This document shows positions 19,761 to 26,800 of a stretch of 34,086 nt of DNA, one piece after another. Origin of the DNA: Candidatus Methanophagales archaeon (GTDB lineage Archaea > Halobacteriota > Syntropharchaeia > Alkanophagales > Methanospirareceae); the NCBI GenBank assembly GCA_029241965.1, contig JAPWVK010000159.1, forward strand, positions 1 through 34,086, read 5' to 3'. Within the stretch, counting starts at the first letter, position 1. The number at the start of each line of letters is the position of its first letter. The position numbers and the translations under genes are program-made. The notes below the pieces were generated by a model that had not been told where the DNA came from, searched no databases, and saw only the letters and a program-made list of their open reading frames with translations.

Positions 19761-20810
19761 TCATTTCTTCTTTCGCAACCAAAGGTATCCCATGAGTACG
19801 AGCAATCCTCCAGAAACGAGGGTCATTGTACTCCATTCAGGAATCGGGTAGCCCGGGTCCGTTCCGGGTGATGATATGTAGCTCCATGCCATACCGGTCT
19901 GCACCTTGTAGTCATAGCTCGTATTGTTGTTTGTCAGATTGAGTGCTAAAAACTTTCCTGCCGGCACAGTAAACGCTGCTGCGGTTGTTTCAAACGAGAA
20001 GACGCTTTTGCTGCCGTTTCCAGTCAGTGTTGCCTGTGGTCCTCCGGCAGTAAAATTGGTGCCACCCGAAGAATTACCTATCTCAACCTTGAATGTATCT
20101 CCGTCTGCCGGTGCCGCGACAAACGTTATCTGCCCTGTCCAATTGTTGCCATTCACTGGAAAGGTAACGTCTGTCTGCGCCGCTGAATCCGCAACCCAGA
20201 TATGAGAGTCGCTGTGGTTTATGGTAATATTACCCTGTGGTTTGGTCTGGTTTCCCTTGTACATCTCGCTGTCGTTGTGCAGATACCAGGACTGTGTGCC
20301 GCTGACAGTAAAAGTCCCATTCTTTGGGGGGGCAGATCCTATTCTATAACCGCTTACATCTGAGAAGCTTATATTTACATACGTAAAGTTCATAGTACTT
20401 GTTTCACCCCGAGTTCCAATAACGCTGAAGTTGAGTAGAGCGACAGAACCACTTGACCCATTTGATATGTTATATTCGGCAGCTCCCGTCATGTAAACAC
20501 GAGTACCCCATGTAACGCTGTTGTTATAGTCGAAATTATTCCAACTAGACGTTAAATTACCTTTTAAAACGTCTGTAACGTTTATGACATTTTTGTCATA
20601 CACAATATTAAATATTATTCCCAAAAGTGGACCGTTGCTAACATTTGTAATGTTCACCGGCACAATCACCGAAGTCCCATGTGCGCCACTCGCATCGTCC
20701 ACACCAAAACTTTCCGCAGTAGGATCTTGTGCTGAAACAGGCATCGCCATTACAAGTACTGACAACAGCACGATTGCACTTAGTCCATGCACCCATCTAT
20801 TTCTATTCAT
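19761..20810 (-). CDS. Secreted cohesin-domain glycoprotein with PEF-CTERM-like (PEW + TM + RKKK) C-terminal anchor
   Basis: Signal peptide; cohesin-like GTSVIVPVNITNVSNGPLLGIIFNIVYDKNVINVTDVLKGNL; sequon-rich C-terminal half; ends PEWSTMTLVSGGLLVLMGYLWLRKKK. Confidence 0.55.
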   Translation of the reverse strand: MNRNRWVHGLSAIVLLSVLVMAMPVSAQDPTAESFGVDDASGAHGTSVIVPVNITNVSNGPLLGIIFNIVYDKNVINVTDVLKGNLTSSWNNFDYNNSVTWGTRVYMTGAAEYNISNGSSGSVALLNFSVIGTRGETSTMNFTYVNISFSDVSGYRIGSAPPKNGTFTVSGTQSWYLHNDSEMYKGNQTKPQGNITINHSDSHIWVADSAAQTDVTFPVNGNNWTGQITFVAAPADGDTFKVEIGNSSGGTNFTAGGPQATLTGNGSKSVFSFETTAAAFTVPAGKFLALNLTNNNTSYDYKVQTGMAWSYISSPGTDPGYPIPEWSTMTLVSGGLLVLMGYLWLRKKK

Positions 20811-21084
20811 TTTTCTGGCTTCGGGGCAAAAATATATCTTTCCCCCCCTTTTTTCTAACCGCTTATCCCTTTCGCTTTTATTCTATATGCACTGTACCAT
20901 ATATAAAGTTGTATGTGGAGTGTTCCCTATATAAAGCTATACCTATGTGGAAACTATGGTGTGTGAACAGGCAGAAGCACAGGAGAATATGCGAATACGC
21001 TCTTTCGGTTGCAATAAAGTCCAATTTGGGTAATCTGTGCGATCCGTAGTTGACTATTATCCAGAGCACATTCGTCTCGCTTCA

Positions 21085-21714
21085 TCATGTCAATATGATT
21101 TCGCCCAATACCGCCCGGTTCATCAACACTAAATCGCCGGCATCTGCTATCCTATCGTTATGGTTCAAGTCCCACCGCCAATCTCCCGGTATTTCCCATA
21201 ACACCGCTCGGTTCATCAACACTAAATCGCCGGCATCTGCTGACTTCCCCTCATTGTTCAAATCGCCTACCAGCCAAAGCGATAGATTCGTGGTCTCATT
21301 GGCAGTTGCATTTACTTCAGTTGAGTTATCCCAATACCTTGTTTTCGAGGCGTTTACGTAATAATCGCCGGCATTAACGTTTGTAAAGTTGTAATAGCCC
21401 GTTCCGTTCGTGTGTGTTGAACTTACGACATTCATAGTGGTCGCGTTCGTCAAATTTACCGATACATTTGGCATCCCGATAGTAGTATTATTACTATATG
21501 TTATCTGCCCTGTTATAATTACGGGTGCGGGCAGCACCGTTACGTACTGTACTGCAGCAAACACGAGTGAGGGAAGCAGCGCTAATACCACTAAAATCAA
21601 TATGATCATCTCCTTCTTTCTATTACTCTGTTCCATCTTTTTAAATGCTCTTTTTTTGTTAGAATTTGCTTCAAAATCCAAAGCCGCACTAATCGCATTC
21701 ATTCTTCCCAGCAT
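21085..21714 (-). CDS. Dockerin-domain protein with carboxypeptidase-regulatory-like (PEGA-like) beta-sandwich domain
   Basis: Two dockerin repeats GDLNNEGKSADAGDLVLMNRAVLWEI and DLNHNDRIADAGDLVLMNRAVLGEI (DxNxDG...D...L..R..L); GQITYSNNTTIGMPNVSVNLTNATT...TNGTGYYNFTNVNAGDYYVNAS; TM/signal segment; likely true start at internal Met near 21636. Confidence 0.55.
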   Translation of the reverse strand: MLGRMNAISAALDFEANSNKKRAFKKMEQSNRKKEMIILILVVLALLPSLVFAAVQYVTVLPAPVIITGQITYSNNTTIGMPNVSVNLTNATTMNVVSSTHTNGTGYYNFTNVNAGDYYVNASKTRYWDNSTEVNATANETTNLSLWLVGDLNNEGKSADAGDLVLMNRAVLWEIPGDWRWDLNHNDRIADAGDLVLMNRAVLGEIILT

Positions 21715-22136
21715 AGTTTAACCTTCTCCCCCTTTAAAAAGTTAGCATCGAAGAGGTCTAAACCATTGACCCTGCCTAAGATTGGCGGAACATCATTTGA
21801 ATCTGAAATTGCCACTGGTAACTCGAATTCTTTACCGTTGAGTCTAAATTTGAGTTGGTGAATGTAAACGATTAGTTTTGCGTACGGAACAATCCCTCTT
21901 GTGACATCTTCAATTAATAAGTCGCCGACATCTCTTGGTAGGACCGATATATCAGCACCAGTATCTGCTAATGCATTCTCTATTTTTATCCATTCTAAAG
22001 TATCGCCTTTTATTTCAACTTCAATCAGAGGTCTTAATACCTTCCCAAAAATTCCACTTTCTTTTTCCGTGTACTCAAAAACTTTCTCGGGCATTTGAAC
22101 ACCTAAGCTATTAAAATTCCTGCTGGTGGCTCCCAT
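21699..22136 (-). CDS. Retropepsin-like (clan AA) aspartic protease
   Basis: ALADTGADISVLP active-site motif, GRV..L motif near the C-terminus (ILGRVNGLD); 145 aa. Confidence 0.5.
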   Translation of the reverse strand: MGATSRNFNSLGVQMPEKVFEYTEKESGIFGKVLRPLIEVEIKGDTLEWIKIENALADTGADISVLPRDVGDLLIEDVTRGIVPYAKLIVYIHQLKFRLNGKEFELPVAISDSNDVPPILGRVNGLDLFDANFLKGEKVKLCWEE

Positions 22137-22258
22137 CTAATAGATAATTTTTTGTTGGGATATTTCACCTTTGCTCGTTTCCACATCTCTTTTAAATTCC
22201 TACCTTCTAAAATTGGTTTTCCATCAGCCAATACAAAGTATTCATACATTTTTTCCAT
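22103..22258 (-). CDS. Small ORF (51 aa) overlapping the start of the protease gene, possible partner protein
   Basis: MEKMYEYFVLADGKPILEGRNLKEMWKRAKVKYPNKKLSIRWEPP; not in the six-frame track at this length cutoff; a degenerate copy precedes the truncated protease paralog at ~6400. Confidence 0.25.
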   Translation of the reverse strand: MEKMYEYFVLADGKPILEGRNLKEMWKRAKVKYPNKKLSIRWEPPAGILIA

Positions 22259-22343
22259 TTTTCATCACCCCATAATTTATTTCTTCTTTATTCTTTTTAT
22301 AATTTTCACTATTCTTCTTCTCGCTCAATCAAGCGTTATATTG

Positions 22344-23801
22344 TTATACCGCTTCTCCCAACACCGACACCGTGGATGTGTCCGTTCCCGACCCTTTCAG
22401 CTCGTATGCCAGATACAAGTCATTGTAAGTTCCTACGGATACTGTTACCCCTGTATCTTTATAGCTACCCCATGACTTTAGAGTAGTCCAGCTACTGACC
22501 GCCCAGGGGCTCGTGTCATCTACGGTTACATTACAGAAATGAACCGGATAACTCTCTATGGCTGAAGACGTATTTGCATCCCTGACGAAGCATGCTAGCG
22601 TTATTGTCTCCCCTACGGTGTAACTATTTTCGTCAGGAGGCAAATCCCATGTTACGTTTGACCAGCCCCACTTAACCACCGACTCATTCTGATAAGAGCT
22701 GTTAGAATTAGATGCATTGTCATAAGTTGTTTCGGTAATATTGTATTCTCCGTCCTCAGGGACGGACAAAGTAACGACAAAAGTTCCATTTGTGGCGTTT
22801 GTAGTTGAATTGACTATCTTTCCTTCGTAAGGCACTTTGTCTATTTTCTTGATGATTACAGGTTTATTATTCTCATCAAGGGCGACCAAAATTCTTCCAT
22901 CCGAAATCTTCTGGTAGATGTTTTCTATCCTTATAAGAGAGAATTTATTTATATACCCGTTGCCAATATTATCAGTGGTGGTAGAAATGTCGGAAGTCGA
23001 AATCAGGTTTAAAGTTCCCACGGGATTGAAGGAAGAGATGGAAGAGCTTCCGGGAATGGAAGAGATGGTTGTAGAATTCATAAGGCTGAAGATTTTCGAG
23101 CATGAATTGAAGAAGTCTAAGGAATTACAGAGGTTCATATTTGAGTCGTTGTCCGCAAAGAGCAAATTGACGCTGGCAGATGCTATTGAACTTGGGGCGA
23201 AAATGAAGGAAGGAATGCTTGAAGAGCTCAAAGAGAAGGGATTACTGTAGATGAGACTGGTTGTGGATGCAAATGAGCTGTTCGCGGGGATAATCGCTAA
23301 AGGTAAGGAATTACAGAGTTGGACGCTGGACATATTATTTTCAGATGAAGTTGAATTGTTCGCACCTTTCATATTGCTTGCCGAATTGGAGAAGAACAGG
23401 GATGAGATAAGGGAAAAGTCAGGATTTTCCCTGAGGGATTTTGATGTGTTCGTTGGCATCCTCAAGTTAAGAGTCGGATTTATCCCTCTGGAGCGGTTTT
23501 TAGCTAAGATTCCGGAGGCTAAGGAGTTGGCACCGCATTTAAAAGATGTCGAATATTTCGCATAAGCATTGAAACTTGATTGCCCAATCTGGACGCAAGA
23601 AAAAGCGTTCAAAAAACAATCTGTAGTCAAGGTGTTCTCAACTCTTGATTTGTTTTCGTTTTTATCCGAGACAGGCCCATAGCCCGCTAAAGAGGTTGAA
23701 GGATATTTTGGATTGACTGAAGTGTAAACCTTATGCTCTGGCGAAAACGTCAGAACTGTTTCGTATCTACTCAAATCCATAAATCTTATTTTTTGCTTCA
23801 T
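22344..23801 (-). CDS. Truncated paralog of the giant surface protein (last ~190 aa) preceded by a third, N-terminally truncated intein-like element
   Basis: C-terminus ...SWTTLKSWGSYKDTGVTVSVGTYNDLYLAYELKGSGTDTSTVSVLGEAV nearly identical to the giant protein C-terminus; N-terminal part carries FSPEHKVY (Hint block B) and ILVALDENNKPVIIKKIDKVPYEGKI (Hint C-terminal half) around a low-complexity S/L-rich segment that is antisense to 22987-23682. Confidence 0.45.
   Translation of the reverse strand: MKQKIRFMDLSRYETVLTFSPEHKVYTSVNPKYPSTSLAGYGPVSDKNENKSRVENTLTTDCFLNAFSCVQIGQSSFNAYAKYSTSFKCGANSLASGILAKNRSRGINPTLNLRMPTNTSKSLRENPDFSLISSLFFSNSASNMKGANNSTSSENNMSSVQLCNSLPLAIIPANSSFASTTSLIYSNPFSLSSSSIPSFIFAPSSIASASVNLLFADNDSNMNLCNSLDFFNSCSKIFSLMNSTTISSIPGSSSISSFNPVGTLNLISTSDISTTTDNIGNGYINKFSLIRIENIYQKISDGRILVALDENNKPVIIKKIDKVPYEGKIVNSTTNATNGTFVVTLSVPEDGEYNITETTYDNASNSNSSYQNESVVKWGWSNVTWDLPPDENSYTVGETITLACFVRDANTSSAIESYPVHFCNVTVDDTSPWAVSSWTTLKSWGSYKDTGVTVSVGTYNDLYLAYELKGSGTDTSTVSVLGEAV
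22987..23250 (+). CDS. Small antitoxin-like protein (partner of the PIN gene), antisense within intein-like copy 3
   Basis: MSEVEIRFKVPTGLKEEMEELPG..., homologous to 26826-27050 and 27864-28094 products (shared E-[IV]-V-V/F-K/E-V-P N-terminus); stop abuts the PIN start (TAGATG); track ORF starts earlier at 22918. Confidence 0.45.
   Translation: MSEVEIRFKVPTGLKEEMEELPGMEEMVVEFIRLKIFEHELKKSKELQRFIFESLSAKSKLTLADAIELGAKMKEGMLEELKEKGLL
23251..23682 (+). pseudogene. PIN-domain toxin gene interrupted by an in-frame TAA
   Basis: MRLVVDANELFAGI... (PIN N-terminal Asp) ...HLKDVEYFA-stop-ALKLDCPIWTQEKAFKK...; intact paralogs read HLKDMPYVALSLKFDCKIL and DVDFFALALKLNCPLW at the same position. Confidence 0.45.
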
Positions 23802-26800
23802 ACCGCTTCTCCCAACACCGACACCGTGGATGTGCCCGTTCCCGACCCTTTCAGCTCGTATGCCAGATACAAGTCTTTGTGTGTTCCTTTGGATACTCTT
23901 ACCCCTGTATCTTTATAGCTACCCCAAGATTTTAGACTAATCCAGCTACCAACAGCCCCGGGGCTCGTGTCATTTGCGGTTACGTTAAACTTCTCGTCAT
24001 TTATTATTGTTGACCAACCGTTCACCTCTTCTACCTTCAGCCAGATCTTGTATTCAGTCGAAGAAGAAGGATTGTAAATTGTAACTACTGGTGAGTTACT
24101 GGTCACATTTTGCGGGTTGCCGCTGCCGTCCGCATTATTGTGTGGGTCAACTACTGTGGCACCAGTTGCACCCGAGAAGTTAATGGAACTGATACTCTGC
24201 GAAGCAGTTTGATTTCTGATTTCAAGTGTCGTTGCGTATGACAACTCTATGGATGTATTGGCTTCATCATCCGCAGTGACGTTATAAAACAGCGTGGCAT
24301 TATCCGTGATATTACATTTTGGATAGTACCATCCTACTGCCACGCCTGATGTATCCCAATCCAGGACGGCATATCCGCTGCTATTCGTGTAATTCAGACC
24401 AAGGTATGTCACGGTAGAGTCAGTCTTGTTATAAAAACGAACCGGATAATTCTCTATGCCCGATGAGGTATTGACATCGCGGACAAGGCATGTTAGCGTT
24501 ATTATCGCACCTGATTCGTAACTACTTCCGCCGGAAGGCGAGCCCCACGTTACGTTTGACCAACCCATCTTAAACACCGATTGATTTTGATACGAGATAT
24601 TATAATTCGATGCGTTATCATACATCTCTACCGACACGTTGTATTTCCCCTTAGCAGCACTTGAATTTAGATAAAAACTCGCATTTACATACGAATTTGG
24701 TGTGTAAGCAGTATCCGACGACGAATTGATGGTCGCAGTAGCGTTGTATATCGTGACCGTGTAGTTCTTTGGATTATCCTCCGTGTACGAGAAGTTGACA
24801 TAAAACTGCTCGCCGCCCTTCTTGTAGATTGGAACGGAAGTTGTAGGCACGTCTATCGTGATAGTCGGTGATTGCGAATCTATGGTGAAGTTCGTACCGA
24901 GCCACGTCTCTGACGTCTCGCCCTCATCGTCTGTTGCCACGCAATGCAACGTATAGAGTCCGGGACTATAATTGGATGCGTTGAACGCTATATCGGCAAT
25001 CCCGCCAGCGGCATCCGCTTCGGTAAAAGTATTGTTTACTATCGAAATAAATGTCTGGTTCGGATAGCACAAAGTCAGATTATGAACCACTGTGCCGCCG
25101 TCCGGATCGGTCGCAACCCCAACACCAATATCGAATATACCGTCATAGCTACCATTCATATCATAGTCCTTTACACCACTGATATTGAAATACCTAATGT
25201 GCGGGACGGTAGGTGGATAGTGCACCAATCTGATGTCGTTTGTAAGCAGCGTTGAATTGCTCCAACTACCCGATGCGTTTGCTGCATACAGCTTCATCTG
25301 GTGCTGCATACCACTTTTAGAGTAGTCGAAAAATAACTTCGGCGTCCATGCCGCCTGCAAAAATGACGAGCCATCATTGGTACTCGTCCATGCAACGTTT
25401 GTTTGCGCAAACGATATGTTCATACCGCTCGTACCATCTACATACGCCAGGCGGTACTCATTGCTTGTAGCTGTCGGAGATCGGAAGTATATGTATCCAT
25501 GCGGTGTTGTGTTTACGTCAGAACCTATAACCCTGCTATTGTTCACACCAATCGTAAAGGTCACGAACGAACTGTTGTACGGCTCGTACGTGTAATCATC
25601 TACTGTTGTGCCAGTGTACGAAGTCAAGTAAGTATAATATGGACTTTCGAGTGGCTTACCGCCAGTGATGTTATACGAGTCGTTTAGGTAGTAAATATCA
25701 AGATTGTTCGATGCTCCCAGATCGGTTGCCTCGAAAGCGATATGTATTTTATAGTCCGAAGAACCTTTAATTGCTTCAGTGTCCCAGAACTTGACCAGAG
25801 CAGCACGGTATCCTGTTGAGCCCTGTTTATAGATGTCATAATATTTGCTAATCTCTTTCTGCATCCGCGTCCTATCTAAGTAATACATGTTCTCAAATAC
25901 AGTATTCTCAACCGTGCCATTCCAGTGCACATACGAGTGCGTGTCATTTACCTTTTGGATAGTAAGCCGGGAAGTGTTTTCATCCGCGCCCGCCCATTTC
26001 CAGACGTTGCCCTCTGTGATGGTGGCATTATCCTCAAAGTTCAAGCGCTGTATTGTAGCATTCCGGTTATCGGCACGTAGAATCTGCTCGTTGCATAAAG
26101 CCCATACCGCAGATTTGTTGTTGCTCGGAACACGGAGTGACCAGTTATAACTATCGAGCACCGAGTCCCAGAGCGTCCAGACGAGCGATACGCTGCTGTT
26201 ATTGAGTGTATGTGTAGCATCCGTAGTAACCAACCAGGTTACGTTGAATGCACCGGTCGAGTTCTCGTAAATCGTAGCCGGCTCCTGCGAGATGAGTTCA
26301 AATGTCGGACAGCCCGCCTGATTGTATGCATAATCGACGTCACCACCAAATCGAAACTCTAATGCGTGTTTGCCCGAAGTTAAAACCTTACTTGTTTCGT
26401 AGCTGGTTTCGTTACAGGAATAATTGTGTATGAATAAGGAATTGTTTCGCCATTGATAATCCAGTGTGCGATTGCCGCATTTCAGGGCAAGCAATTGCAG
26501 GTCATAGTTTGAGTTGCCGCACCAGACAGGCGTTGAGTTTTTACGCCGTATTAAAAGTATGCGGTTCGGGACGGTAACAGAGTAAATCTTGCCGTTATAA
26601 GGGACTTCTTCGATTTTTTTTACTGCTACGGGATTCTGTTCGGAATCGAGGAATACTAACTGTTTGTCGGGTAGCTCGTGGAGTTCCGAGATTTTTAGCA
26701 ATGAATAGGTATTTAAACCGTTCGGATTTATAGTATTAGTGATGACGGTTTCTTTTTCATTCACGGTCACAGGCATCGAGAAGTTATTTAAATACAGCAA

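Larger units (their letters stand above)
22800..23790 (-). mobile_element. Intein-like (Hint) element copy 3, degenerate, carrying an antisense antitoxin/PIN cassette
   Basis: Same architecture and same relative reading-frame phase as copies 1 and 2; lacks the Cys1-containing N-terminal part and the terminal HN. Confidence 0.4.

Noticed and set aside
19761-20810. PGF-CTERM/archaeosortase sorting signal on the surface proteins
   Set aside because: C-terminal TM plus basic tails are present, but the tripeptide before the TM is PEW, SPF or absent rather than PGF; only a generic C-terminal anchor can be claimed.
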